Below are positions 44,777 through 54,313 of a stretch of 64,000 nucleotides of DNA, piece by piece; position 1 is the first letter of the stretch; the number at the start of each line of letters is the position of its first letter. The notes beneath the pieces are model-generated. The model was not told where the DNA came from. It saw only the letters and a list, made by a program, of their open reading frames with translations, and searched no databases. The position numbers were made by a program, and so were the translations under genes. The stretch is taken from NCBI GenBank assembly GCA_965214405.1, contig OZ243956.1, forward strand, positions 960,001-1,024,000, written 5' to 3'. The stretch comes from Trueperaceae bacterium. Lineage in GTDB: Bacteria > Deinococcota > Deinococci > Deinococcales > Trueperaceae.

Positions 44777-46962
44777 CGGACGCCCCCCAGCCCCAGCGCA
44801 AAGATAAGCACCAGCGCCCCCGCCGCGAGGGTCCAGGCGTAATGCTCGAGCCGCCCCGTCTGCACCCTCCGCAGCGCGTCCCCGAACACCGCGACGAGCC
44901 ACGCGCCCAGGTCAATCGCTCCGTCTAAAAGCCGCCGGTCTATCCAGGCGACGGGCGCGGCCAACCGGGTAAGCGGCGCGGCGATGAAGCGGTAGTAAGC
45001 AGCGTCAATATAAAAACGCTTCTGAAGAAGCTGCGTGAGCGGTTCGGGAGCACGGACGGTGACCCTTTCAGAGCCGTATAAAACCCAGGCCAAGCCGAGG
45101 CCAATCAAAGCCAGCAACGTGCCCACCAGAAAACCCGGCCACTGCGCTTCGAGAGACTCGAGATGCGGCCTCTCCCCCGCATAAACAAACGTCTGCAACG
45201 CATTACCAAACAGCGGACTGCCGACAAAGCCAATCACGACGGCGCTCCCCGCCAAAACCCACAGCGCAGTGCCCATCGGCCAGCCTACTTCGTGCGGCGT
45301 GTCGTGCGCTGTTCCATCTGAGGCGTGGGTCTCGAGCCCCGTATCACCTTCCACCTCGTCCGCGCTCATGTTGAGTTCGGCGAACGCGCCTCTATTCCAG
45401 GAGGCTTCGCTCCAGGGAGAAGCCGTCGCGGGTTTTTCGAAAGCGATGAGGTAGGCTCGAGCGATATAAAACGCCGTCAATAGCGAGGCGGCGTAGGCCA
45501 TGAGGAGGAGCGGCAGGTACAGCCCGCTCGCCCCCGCGGCGTGGCTCACCGCCAAAAGCACCTCGTCCTTGGACCAGAACCCCGCGAAGGGCGTCACCCC
45601 GGCGAGCGAGAGCCCGCCAATCAAGAAAGTCCAGCGCGTCGTCGGCATGTACCTTTTCAGCCTGTCCATCTCAAAAATGTCTTGGGTGCTCGAGCCGTGA
45701 ATCATCGCGCCGGAGCATAAAAAGAGGAGCGCCTTGAAGAACGCGTGCGCGACGAGGTGGAAAACCGCCGCCACCCAGCCGAACGCGCCTAGACCCAAAA
45801 ACATCAGCCCGAGCTGCGAGACGGTGGACCAGGCGAGAATCTTTTTGATGTCGGCGAATGCGGGGGCGAGCACGGCGGCGAAGAGCGCGGTAAAGCCGCC
45901 CACCCAGGCCACCACCGGCAGCGCGTCGCCCATCAGCAGCACCGGATAAAGGCGCGCGATGAGGAACACGCCCGCGGCGACCATCGTCGCGGCGTGAATC
46001 ATCGCCGAGACGGGCGTGGGGCCTTCCATCGCGTCCAAGAGCCAGACGTGGAGCGGGAACTGCGCCGACTTGCCCACCGCGCCAAAAAAGAGCAAGAGCC
46101 CGATACCCGTCGTTACCCCCGCTGAACCCGCCAAGAGCCCCGGTGCCGCCGCCTGAATGGTCGGCAAGTCGAGCGTTCCGAACGCGCGGTAGAGCCAAAA
46201 AATCCCGAGCATCAGCCCAAGGTCAGCCAATTTAGTCACCAGAAACGCTTTTTTCATCGCCTGTTGCGCTGCTATTTTTTTATAGAAAAATCCAATCAGA
46301 AGATAACTCATCACGCCCATGAGTTCCCAAAAGAGGAGCAGATGAAACAGGTTCTTGCTCATCACCATGCCGAGCATCGCGGAGGCGAAGAGGCTGATGT
46401 AGGCAAAAAAGGTGGGGTAGCGCGGCTCGTCGGCCATGTACTCGAGCGAGAAGAGGTGGATGAGGAGCGAGACGAGCGTTACCATGAAGACCATCACCGC
46501 GGCGAAGGGGTCGATGAAGAAGCCAAAGGGCAGGCCCGCCTCGCCGCGGATGGCGAGCCAGGAGCGTTCGGTGGTGAAGGGGAAACCGGGCGCGGCGGGG
46601 CGGACGAGGGCGAATTCTTGAAGGCGTGAAACTCTTTCCTCCGCCGCCTCTAGCCGTTCGTGAAGAACCTCGAGCCTCCCCCCAGAAACATTCACACGCT
46701 CGGCCTCGAGAAGTTCGTGCTCGAGCCGCTCCACCAGCACCTCCGCCGCCTCCACGTTTCTCAGTCCCGCCCCGGACCAGCGCGGCGCGGCCTCGTCGGT
46801 TTGAACGAGCAAGAGGATTGCGAAGAGGCTCGAGACGACCAGTAAGCCGATACTCAACCACGCGCTCCTACGCCCGCCCAGACGGTAGCCGAAGAGGATA
46901 AGCACGCCGAACGACAAGGCGGGCAGCGCCGGGATGAGCCACGCGTAAGCCGTGGGCGTCAC
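44773..46962 (-). CDS. nuoL: NADH-quinone oxidoreductase subunit L (with an insertion)
   Basis: WELMG, GKSAQFPLHVWLLDAMEGPTPVSA and HAFFKALLFL. Confidence 0.93.
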   Translation of the reverse strand: MTPTAYAWLIPALPALSFGVLILFGYRLGGRRSAWLSIGLLVVSSLFAILLLVQTDEAAPRWSGAGLRNVEAAEVLVERLEHELLEAERVNVSGGRLEVLHERLEAAEERVSRLQEFALVRPAAPGFPFTTERSWLAIRGEAGLPFGFFIDPFAAVMVFMVTLVSLLIHLFSLEYMADEPRYPTFFAYISLFASAMLGMVMSKNLFHLLLFWELMGVMSYLLIGFFYKKIAAQQAMKKAFLVTKLADLGLMLGIFWLYRAFGTLDLPTIQAAAPGLLAGSAGVTTGIGLLLFFGAVGKSAQFPLHVWLLDAMEGPTPVSAMIHAATMVAAGVFLIARLYPVLLMGDALPVVAWVGGFTALFAAVLAPAFADIKKILAWSTVSQLGLMFLGLGAFGWVAAVFHLVAHAFFKALLFLCSGAMIHGSSTQDIFEMDRLKRYMPTTRWTFLIGGLSLAGVTPFAGFWSKDEVLLAVSHAAGASGLYLPLLLMAYAASLLTAFYIARAYLIAFEKPATASPWSEASWNRGAFAELNMSADEVEGDTGLETHASDGTAHDTPHEVGWPMGTALWVLAGSAVVIGFVGSPLFGNALQTFVYAGERPHLESLEAQWPGFLVGTLLALIGLGLAWVLYGSERVTVRAPEPLTQLLQKRFYIDAAYYRFIAAPLTRLAAPVAWIDRRLLDGAIDLGAWLVAVFGDALRRVQTGRLEHYAWTLAAGALVLIFALGLGGVR

Positions 46963-47261
46963 TCTTTAAGCTCCCGCAGCGCCTCGACCACCGCGTACCC
47001 GTTCGCCCGGAACACGTTGAGAAAGAGCGCCAGCCCCACCGCCACCTCCGCCGCCGCGATGGCGACGACGAAGAGCGCGAACACGTCGCCCTGCGCGTTA
47101 TTACCAAAGCGGGCGATGGCGACGAAGTTAATCAGCACCGCGTTGAGCATGATTTCAACCGACATGAGGATGGCGACTAAGTTGCGCCGGGTGAGCACGC
47201 CGTAGAGCCCGATGGCGAAGAGCACCGCGCCGAGGGCGAGAAAGTGGTTAAGCGTCAGCAT
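46959..47261 (-). CDS. nuoK: NADH-quinone oxidoreductase subunit K
   Basis: RRN...EIMLNA and AAAEVAVGLA. Confidence 0.92.
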   Translation of the reverse strand: MLTLNHFLALGAVLFAIGLYGVLTRRNLVAILMSVEIMLNAVLINFVAIARFGNNAQGDVFALFVVAIAAAEVAVGLALFLNVFRANGYAVVEALRELKE

Positions 47262-47838
47262 CGGCAAGCTCCCGTTGGTTGGGGTCTTTTTGGGCGGACC
47301 TCGAGCGCACCGTCGCATCCTCCCGCCGCGCTAACAAAATTGCGCCCACAAGCGCCACGAGCAACACCAGCGCGGTGGCCTCGAATGCCAGGATGGCCCC
47401 GCCCTGCACCGCCATCACATTGCCGTCACTCAAAGTGACCACGCGCCCGCGTTCGCTCAAGAGTTCGACGCCTAAGCGTTCGACCCCCAACGGCACAAGC
47501 GGCGTTCCCACCACGGCTGAGGGCAAAAAAAGGAGCACACCCACCGCGAAGGGCACCGCCACCAAAAGCGCCCACACCGCCGTCAGCGGGCTTTTTAGGC
47601 GCGACACCCGCGACTGCGTCATCATTACGATAAAAATGGTGACGATGGGGATGGCCCCCGCGTTGATGACGAGTTGCAGCACCGCCAGAAAGGGCGAGCC
47701 CAGGAGCCAGAACACGCCCGCCACCGAAAAGAAAGAAAACGCCAGCGCGAGCGCCGCCCGCACCAAGTTGTTTGCGGTGACCGCGAGGACCGCGAGCCCG
47801 ACGATGAGCGCGGAGAGGATGTAGAAGGCGACAATCAC
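47248..47838 (-). CDS. nuoJ: NADH-quinone oxidoreductase subunit J
   Basis: Five TM segments, FLAVLQLVINAGAI and FE...LLVALVGAI; position in the operon. Confidence 0.88.
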   Translation of the reverse strand: MIVAFYILSALIVGLAVLAVTANNLVRAALALAFSFFSVAGVFWLLGSPFLAVLQLVINAGAIPIVTIFIVMMTQSRVSRLKSPLTAVWALLVAVPFAVGVLLFLPSAVVGTPLVPLGVERLGVELLSERGRVVTLSDGNVMAVQGGAILAFEATALVLLVALVGAILLARREDATVRSRSAQKDPNQRELADADA

Positions 47839-48425
47839 GCCCCTTCACCCTCTTTTTGTTCGGCTTCTTGTTTGGCCTGCGCCTCGAGCCACGCCGCCTC
47901 GCCGCCGGGCTGCTCCTCCAGGGGTGCCACGCGAATCTCCCCGTTCTCGTCCCGGTATTCGACGCCAAGCTTGGGCGAGTACCACTGCCGCGCCAGGTCT
48001 CCCTGCTCGTCCAGAAACGCCTTGTCCGCTTTGAGGGTCTGCAAATCGTAAGTCGAAAGCTCGAAATCCTGGATCGTCACAATTGCGCTCACCGGGCAAG
48101 CCTCGACGCAGGCGGCGCAGTACATGCAGTTGACCAGGTCAATGTCGAAACGCTCGAGCACGAAGCCCTTGCCCTCCGGGTTGCGCTTGCGTTCTATAGT
48201 GATGACCTGACTCGGGCAGACTTTCTCGCAGGCCAGGCACGACACGCAGCGGTCTGTGCCGTCCTCGACAATGAGGGCTAGAGATTGACAGGAGACGGGG
48301 GGCAGGTCGGGTAGTTCGTAGGGATAGAGTTGGGTAAAGTTGCCCTTGTCGGAGGCGCTGTTCACCACGCCCATGCCCTTGCCGATGTCGCGTAGAGCTT
48401 TGGCGGCGTCTTTAAGAAGACTCAT
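47835..48425 (-). CDS. nuoI: NADH-quinone oxidoreductase subunit I
   Basis: Two CxxCxxCxxxCP motifs and TQLYP. Confidence 0.92.
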   Translation of the reverse strand: MSLLKDAAKALRDIGKGMGVVNSASDKGNFTQLYPYELPDLPPVSCQSLALIVEDGTDRCVSCLACEKVCPSQVITIERKRNPEGKGFVLERFDIDLVNCMYCAACVEACPVSAIVTIQDFELSTYDLQTLKADKAFLDEQGDLARQWYSPKLGVEYRDENGEIRVAPLEEQPGGEAAWLEAQAKQEAEQKEGEGA

Positions 48426-48432
48426 GTCTGAT

Positions 48433-48630
48433 TTACTTCACAGTTTCGAGCAGCTCGAGATTGACTCTCAGCCACTCATTGACAAACGTCTGCACGTCAA
48501 GGTTTCTTTCCTCCGCCAGCTTATGCAAGGAGTTGTTTATATCGGGGTCTAGGTAGATGGGCAGACGAAAGGCGGCGTCGTGATCAAACTTGCCGCGCTC
48601 ACCTTTTGAAAAGTCATAAATGTCTTTCAT
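48433..48630 (-). CDS. BrnA-like antitoxin
   Basis: YDFSKGERGKF, PIYLD and a ribbon-helix-helix-like C-terminus (QTFVNEWL). Confidence 0.78.
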   Translation of the reverse strand: MKDIYDFSKGERGKFDHDAAFRLPIYLDPDINNSLHKLAEERNLDVQTFVNEWLRVNLELLETVK

Positions 48631-48692
48631 ACAATTTCCTTCCGATACGGCTCAATTTCCTTCTCAGGGTCCCAGTCAAAGCGGTACTGCAA
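48627..48692 (-). pseudogene. BrnT toxin remnant with an internal in-frame deletion
   Basis: A TTG start after GAGGTG gives MQYRFDWDPEKEIEPYRKEIV*, with an ATGA overlap into the antitoxin. Confidence 0.7.
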
Positions 48693-48724
48693 CGCTCACC
48701 TCGAGGGTCAACTGAGAACGACTG

Positions 48725-49435
48725 TCACCTTTTGACGCACGTGTAATACGCATAGGTCTTCAGGTCATCATAAACCACGTTCTTCAGGCTGAAACCGACC
48801 TTTTCGAGCATCGCCTCGAGCAGCCACGCGTACGTGCTGTACTCCTCGCGGACGTGCGTCTCGAACTCCTCGCGTGACCACCCGTCTTCAGTTTCGCGGG
48901 ATACCGCGTCAATCCACGCGTTTATTTCCCTCTCAGCCTCGCCGGGTTCAAAGGAGAAAATCACGTCCATAAGATAGAAAACGCCGCCGGGCTTGAGCGC
49001 ATGGGCAACGCGGCGCAGCGCCTCAACTTTCCAGAAGTCCGGCAGGTGATGGAGGGCGCGCTGCGTCACCACGAAGTCGGCCTTTTCCCCTTGGTGTTGA
49101 TAGCTTAGAAAACCTTGCTGGACGCACTCGAGATTATCAAGCCCCATCTCCGCGGCCTTGGTTTCGATAAACGAGAGCATCGGCGCGGAAACGTCCACCG
49201 CGATGACGCGGCGGCAGCGTTTGGCGGCCCCTAACGCCAGGGCTCCCGTGCCGGGTCCAAACTCGATGAGAACGTGCGGCTCCGCCACCCCGAGACGGTC
49301 AAGCAGCGCCCGCTCGCGCTCGGGGTCGGTGCGCTGTTTTTGGTCGAAAGCCGCGACGAGGTCGGGGTCTTGAAATTCGAGGCCGCCGTGCTTAACTTCG
49401 TCAAAAAACCAGCGGGGTTTGTGGACTTTATGCAC
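48725..49435 (-). CDS. Class I SAM-dependent methyltransferase
   Basis: IEFGPGTG, IAVDVS, ALHHLPDFWK and LKPGG; AAGGAG RBS. Confidence 0.88.
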   Translation of the reverse strand: MHKVHKPRWFFDEVKHGGLEFQDPDLVAAFDQKQRTDPERERALLDRLGVAEPHVLIEFGPGTGALALGAAKRCRRVIAVDVSAPMLSFIETKAAEMGLDNLECVQQGFLSYQHQGEKADFVVTQRALHHLPDFWKVEALRRVAHALKPGGVFYLMDVIFSFEPGEAEREINAWIDAVSRETEDGWSREEFETHVREEYSTYAWLLEAMLEKVGFSLKNVVYDDLKTYAYYTCVKR

Positions 49436-49472
49436 TAAAACGCTCCTTCTTCGTAAAAAGACACGGCGGGAG

Positions 49473-49712
49473 TCATCTCCTTCTCGGCAACACCACATCC
49501 AACTCCAAAAGCTCATACTGCAACGGGCTGATAGTCTCGCCATCCTCTAACGCACTCTCCAAATAAAGCTCTATCGCCTCTTGCAGGTTGCGCCGCACCT
49601 CCTGAAGCGTCTCGCCCGTCGTGACACAGCCCGGCAGGTTGGGGACAAAGGCGCTGTATCCGCCTCGAGGGTCGGTGGGGTCAAACTCGACCACGGCCTT
49701 GAAACGCATCAC
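49473..49712 (-). CDS. hicB: HicB-family antitoxin (no adjacent hicA)
   Basis: GYSAFVPNLPGCVTTGETLQEVRRNLQEAIELYLE. Confidence 0.88.
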   Translation of the reverse strand: MMRFKAVVEFDPTDPRGGYSAFVPNLPGCVTTGETLQEVRRNLQEAIELYLESALEDGETISPLQYELLELDVVLPRRR

Positions 49713-50965
49713 TTAAACACCAACCGCAGCACCACCGCCACCACCAGCCCCAAGAGCGACAGAGGGATAAGCACCTTCCAGCATCCCTCCATAAGCTGGT
49801 CGTCACGAAAGCGCGGCAGCGTGGCGCGGACCCACATGATGAGCCAGGCGAGCACCGCGGTCTTGAGCAAAAACCAGAGCATCCCGTAGACGGACGCCAG
49901 AAAAACACCGAACGCGCCCCAGCCGCGCAACACCGTGGCGAAGTCCCACAGCCCGGCGAGGGGCTGCAAGTAGCCGCCGAAAAAGAGCACCACGGCGATG
50001 GCGGGCAAGAGGAACAATTCGCCAAACTCGGCGACGAAAAAGAAGCCGAAGCGCATCCCCGAGTATTCGGTGTGAAAACCCGCCACGAGTTCCGACTCGG
50101 CCTCGGGCAAGTCGAAGGGCGTCATCTTGATTTCGGCCAAGCTGGCGACGAGGTAGACCGCGGCGGAAATGAATAAAGGCACCGCCGTCCACCAAATCCG
50201 CTGCGACTCGACAATCGTCAGCAGATTGAGGCTCCCTACCCACACCGCCACGCTGAGGAGCGAGATGGACAGCGGGATTTCGTAGGAGATAAGCTGCGCC
50301 GCCCCGCGCAAACCGCCCAACAGCCCGAACTTGTTGTTGATGCTCCAGCCCGCCACCAGGACGCCGTAGGCCCCGAGCGTCCCCGCCGCGATGATAAAGA
50401 GCAGGCCGACGTTGAGGTTGGCGAGCACCCAGGTGGGCGCGAAGGGCACGATGGCGAGGAGCAAAAAGGCCGACACGAAGACCATCATGGGGGCTAGGGT
50501 GAAAACGAGGGCGTCGGCTCGAGCCGGTACAAAGTCCTCCTTGACCAAAAGCTTGACCGCGTCGGCGACGGTCTGGAACGCGCCGCCGGGGCCGTTGTGC
50601 AAGGGACCGTGGCGGTTTTGCACCCTCGCTAGGTACTTACGCAACGCCAGAATCAAGATAAGCGCCGCCACCGCCACCACGCCGAAAGAGAGCGCCGCGG
50701 CGAGCACGCCGTAGATGAGAATCCCGGCGGTGTTGAACACCCCATCCACCGCCAGCGGCGAATTCCGCAACGTGAGGAGCGCGGGCAGAACTGAGTAAGT
50801 AAGAATGAGGATGGCGATAAGCGCGAGGAAGAGGAGGCCGTAGCCCAGCACCTCGGAAAGCACGTTGGGCGTGGTCGGGTTGTAACCAACGCGCTTCAAG
50901 CGGTAGCGCCCATCCTTGGGAAGGGGCACACGCTTCATCGCGGGGCGGTTGTCTGGCGCAGCCAC
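49709..50965 (-). CDS. nuoH: NADH-quinone oxidoreductase subunit H (N-terminally extended)
   Basis: QNRHGP, ADAVKLLVKE, AQLISYE and PFDLPEAESELVAGFHTEYSG. Confidence 0.94.
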   Translation of the reverse strand: MAAPDNRPAMKRVPLPKDGRYRLKRVGYNPTTPNVLSEVLGYGLLFLALIAILILTYSVLPALLTLRNSPLAVDGVFNTAGILIYGVLAAALSFGVVAVAALILILALRKYLARVQNRHGPLHNGPGGAFQTVADAVKLLVKEDFVPARADALVFTLAPMMVFVSAFLLLAIVPFAPTWVLANLNVGLLFIIAAGTLGAYGVLVAGWSINNKFGLLGGLRGAAQLISYEIPLSISLLSVAVWVGSLNLLTIVESQRIWWTAVPLFISAAVYLVASLAEIKMTPFDLPEAESELVAGFHTEYSGMRFGFFFVAEFGELFLLPAIAVVLFFGGYLQPLAGLWDFATVLRGWGAFGVFLASVYGMLWFLLKTAVLAWLIMWVRATLPRFRDDQLMEGCWKVLIPLSLLGLVVAVVLRLVFK

Positions 50966-52113
50966 TAGCGGTCCACCTCTCCCAAGACGATGTCGATGGA
51001 GCCAAGGATGGCAATCACGTCGCTGAATTTTTGCCCCACGAACAAATCGGGGATGATTTGCAAATTCGTAAAGCTTGGGGAGCGGTGTTTCGAGCGATAG
51101 GGACCCACGCCGCCGTCGCTGTAGAGGTAAACGCCGAGCGCGCCCCGGCTCGCCTCGACGGCGCGGTAGCGTTGCGCTCCAGCCTCGAGCTTCACCCGCC
51201 CCCGCCCCACAAAAGGACCCGTTCGCGGCGCTTTATGGGCGCACTGTCTAATAAGGTCGATGCTCTGATAAAACTCGTCAAAACGCAGTCTCGAGCGCGC
51301 CCACGCGTCCCCCTCGGAACGGGTGAGGACCCGGAACTCGAGTTCCGGATACGCGTCATAGGGCTGATCCTTGCGCAAATCCAATCCCACCCCCGACGCG
51401 CGCAGGTTGGGGCCGCTGACGCCGTGGTTGACGGCAAGCTCTTTGGGAAGCACGCCGACGCCGACGGTGCGCGCTCTAAACACGGGCGCTTCTACGGTCA
51501 GGGCCTCATACTCCGGCAACACCGTCTCGAGATAATCCACGAACGCCACCACGTCCTCCCAGAAGTCGGGGTGAATATCACGCCGGACGCCGCCGAAGGT
51601 GAAATAGTTGGGCAGGAGCCGCGCGCCGCAGGTGCGTTCGATGATGTCGAGCGCCCGCTCGCGGTCACGAAAGGCGTACAAAAAGGGCGTAATCGCGCCC
51701 AAATCGAGCAGGTAAGTCCCAATCCAAACCAAGTGCGAGATGATGCGGTTGAGCTCGAACATCGCGGTGCGGATGAAGCGGGCGCGGATAGGTGTCTCGA
51801 TGCCGGAAAGCTCCTCCACCACCAGACAAAAGGCCAGCTCGTTCTGCAAACCCGACACGTAGTCCATCCGGTCAAGATAAGGAATCACCTGCGCGTAAGA
51901 GCGCGACTCCTCAATCTTCTCGTGGTTGCGATGCAAAAAGCCGATGTGCGGCACTGCCCGCGTGACCCGCTCGCCGTCCACGCCCAGTACGATTTTTAGC
52001 ACGCCGTGCGTCGCGGGATGCTGCGGCCCCAGGTTAACAATCATCTCGTCCGAGCGGCCAGGGACGGACTCGAGCGCCGTCGGCCCGCTCATCTGCGCAG
52101 CAGGAACGGTCAT
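50965..52113 (-). CDS. nuoD: NADH-quinone oxidoreductase subunit D
   Basis: NLGPQHPATHGVL, RMDY and C-terminal GEVDR; no NiFe-binding CxxC. Confidence 0.95.
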   Translation of the reverse strand: MTVPAAQMSGPTALESVPGRSDEMIVNLGPQHPATHGVLKIVLGVDGERVTRAVPHIGFLHRNHEKIEESRSYAQVIPYLDRMDYVSGLQNELAFCLVVEELSGIETPIRARFIRTAMFELNRIISHLVWIGTYLLDLGAITPFLYAFRDRERALDIIERTCGARLLPNYFTFGGVRRDIHPDFWEDVVAFVDYLETVLPEYEALTVEAPVFRARTVGVGVLPKELAVNHGVSGPNLRASGVGLDLRKDQPYDAYPELEFRVLTRSEGDAWARSRLRFDEFYQSIDLIRQCAHKAPRTGPFVGRGRVKLEAGAQRYRAVEASRGALGVYLYSDGGVGPYRSKHRSPSFTNLQIIPDLFVGQKFSDVIAILGSIDIVLGEVDR

Positions 52114-53723
52114 GGGGTCTCCTCTTGCGCCAGGGCTCGAGCCTGCTCGCGCCACGCGTCGCGGGTGATGCGGCCTCTAAATTTCATCTTTTCCTCGAGT
52201 TCCTCCACCTGTTCGTCGGAGAGCGCGGCAAGCTGCGCGAAGGTGGTGATACCGGCCTCCTTTAGCTTTTGCTCATACGCAGGGCCGATGCCCTTGATGC
52301 GGGTGAGGTCGTCGGTAGAAGATTCTTCTGTGGTGGTTGGCAACTCTGCTCGAGGCTCAGCAGACTCCTCGGCGGCAGGCGCTTGAATTTTCGCGGTTGA
52401 CGCCTCCGCTTTTTCACGCTCAACCATAGAACGTTCCGGCGTCTCCTGCGGCGTTGCGTTTTGGGGCGTTTCGGTGCTCTCACCTTGCAACGCCCGCGCC
52501 TCCTCCCGCCACCTTTCGATGGCTTTGGGGGTTTTAAGACCGAGGGTAGCGGCAAGAGGTTCTAACGCCTCATCTTCCAAATTTGCCAGTTGAGAGAGCG
52601 CAGTCACGCCCCCCGCTTGCAGCTTGGCGGCGTACGTTGCGTTCAAAGACCGCACCTCATTTAGTTCCTCGCCCCGCTTCGGTATTACTTCTTGCGGAGC
52701 CGAAACAGACGCGGCCTGTGGGGCGGGTTGCGCTTGCTGGAGGGCTCGAGCCTCCTCCCGCCACTTTTGCAGAGGTTTGGAGGATTTCAGGCCCATCTCT
52801 CCGGCAAGCGTCTCCAGCGCGTCGTCCGAGAGCGCCGCGAGTTGAGAGAGGGTGGTGATTTTTTGGTCTTGCAGTTTAGCCATGTAGTTTGCACTTAGGG
52901 AACGAATTTGGGCGAGGTCTCCGTTAGAAGATGCTACCTCACTTTGGGACCCGGCCTCCTCGAGCCGCGTCCTCGCCCCGTCACGCCACTTTTGTACGGC
53001 TGCGGGGGATTTGAGGCCGAGGGTGGTGGATAAGGGCTCGAGCCGTTCGTCCGTAAGCGCCGCCAAAGCTTCAAGACTCATAATCCCTTGCTCCTGAAGC
53101 TTGGCCGCATAGTTCGCATTGAGTGCGCGGATGTCTGTTAGTGCCGTACCCGATTTCTCCTCTGCGGATTTCGTCTCAGTGGATTTTGCCGCAGCTTCCT
53201 TGGCTTTAGCCGCCTCCGCCGCCTTGTGCTCACTTTCCGCCTTCTCCCGCTCCTCCGCCTCCCAGTCGGGCCAAGGCTCAGGCACCCAGGTCGGAATGAG
53301 GTAGCCGCCCGTGTCGTAACGGCGCTGCAACGGGTGGATGGTCCAGTCGTCTTCTAACAGAATGCGGCGCAGATCGGGGTGTCCGTCGAAATGGATGCCC
53401 AGCAGGTCGTAAGCCTCGCGCTCGTGCCACTCGAGCCCACCCCAGAGGTCGGTCAAAGTCGGCACCTGCGGCGCGTCGTAGGGTACGTCCAGCCACAGCG
53501 TCACCTCGGCCCCATCGTCTAAGCGGCGCAGGTTGACAACCGTGCGCAGCCCGTACTCCATGTCCACGCCCGACAAGCACTGCGGGAAGTCGTAACCCGC
53601 CTCGAAGAAGCGTTCGCAGAGGGTGCGATAGGCGTTGCCGTCTTCTAGGTGATGCACGGTTTCAAAACCCAGCGTAAGCGTTCGCAGGGTAGGAAGGTCG
53701 TCAAGCGAAACGTCAGTGCTCAC
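52110..53723 (-). CDS. nuoC: NADH-quinone oxidoreductase subunit C fused to four HhH-like repeats
   Basis: WHEREAYDLLGIHFDGHPDLRRIL...HPL, then about 350 aa carrying four repeats, the last starting DDLTRIKGIGP. Confidence 0.9.
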   Translation of the reverse strand: MSTDVSLDDLPTLRTLTLGFETVHHLEDGNAYRTLCERFFEAGYDFPQCLSGVDMEYGLRTVVNLRRLDDGAEVTLWLDVPYDAPQVPTLTDLWGGLEWHEREAYDLLGIHFDGHPDLRRILLEDDWTIHPLQRRYDTGGYLIPTWVPEPWPDWEAEEREKAESEHKAAEAAKAKEAAAKSTETKSAEEKSGTALTDIRALNANYAAKLQEQGIMSLEALAALTDERLEPLSTTLGLKSPAAVQKWRDGARTRLEEAGSQSEVASSNGDLAQIRSLSANYMAKLQDQKITTLSQLAALSDDALETLAGEMGLKSSKPLQKWREEARALQQAQPAPQAASVSAPQEVIPKRGEELNEVRSLNATYAAKLQAGGVTALSQLANLEDEALEPLAATLGLKTPKAIERWREEARALQGESTETPQNATPQETPERSMVEREKAEASTAKIQAPAAEESAEPRAELPTTTEESSTDDLTRIKGIGPAYEQKLKEAGITTFAQLAALSDEQVEELEEKMKFRGRITRDAWREQARALAQEETP

Positions 53724-53761
53724 ACGTCACCGTTGACTCTGGATTCCCGGCTTCTCTCATC

Positions 53762-54313
53762 CTAACCGTGCTGCCTGCCGTCTTTGCCGGGCTCCGCCAG
53801 CGGGTCAAAATCCGCCTCCATCAGCGTGCCGGGGACGTAGCGCAACTCGGGGTCGGCGATTTTGTCGCGCAAGAGGAGCATCGCTTGCAGCAGCGCTTCG
53901 GGGCGGGGCGGGCAGCCGGGAACGTACACGTCCACGGGGATGATTTTATCGACGCCCTCTAAGACACTGTAGCCCTGCCGAAAGGGTCCGCCCTGATTCG
54001 CGCACGCGCCCATCGAGATGACCCATCTGGGCTCAGCCATCTGCTCGTAAAGGACGCGCACGCGCTTGCCTAGTTTTTTATTCACCGTGCCCGAGACGAT
54101 CATCACGTCCGCCTGCCGGGGCGTGTTGCGGTAGAAAAAGCCGAAGCGGTCGGCGTCGTAGCGCGTGGCGGATGAGTTCATCATTTCAATCGCGCAGCAG
54201 GCGATGCCGAAAGTAAGGGGCCACATCGAACGGCTCCGCGCCAAGTTGATAAGGTCGTCGAGTTTGCCCAGGATGATGTTGTCGGGGCGGCGCTCTTTGC
54301 CTAGTAGACCCAC
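53762..54313 (-). CDS. nuoB: NADH-quinone oxidoreductase subunit B
   Basis: [20 protein letters not shown] and PGCPPRPE. Confidence 0.95.
   Translation of the reverse strand: MGLLGKERRPDNIILGKLDDLINLARSRSMWPLTFGIACCAIEMMNSSATRYDADRFGFFYRNTPRQADVMIVSGTVNKKLGKRVRVLYEQMAEPRWVISMGACANQGGPFRQGYSVLEGVDKIIPVDVYVPGCPPRPEALLQAMLLLRDKIADPELRYVPGTLMEADFDPLAEPGKDGRQHG

Noticed and set aside
50965..52113. Group 4 NiFe-hydrogenase large subunit as an alternative call for nuoD
   Set aside because: It has no CxxC Ni-binding motifs and ends in GEVDR, as NuoD does.
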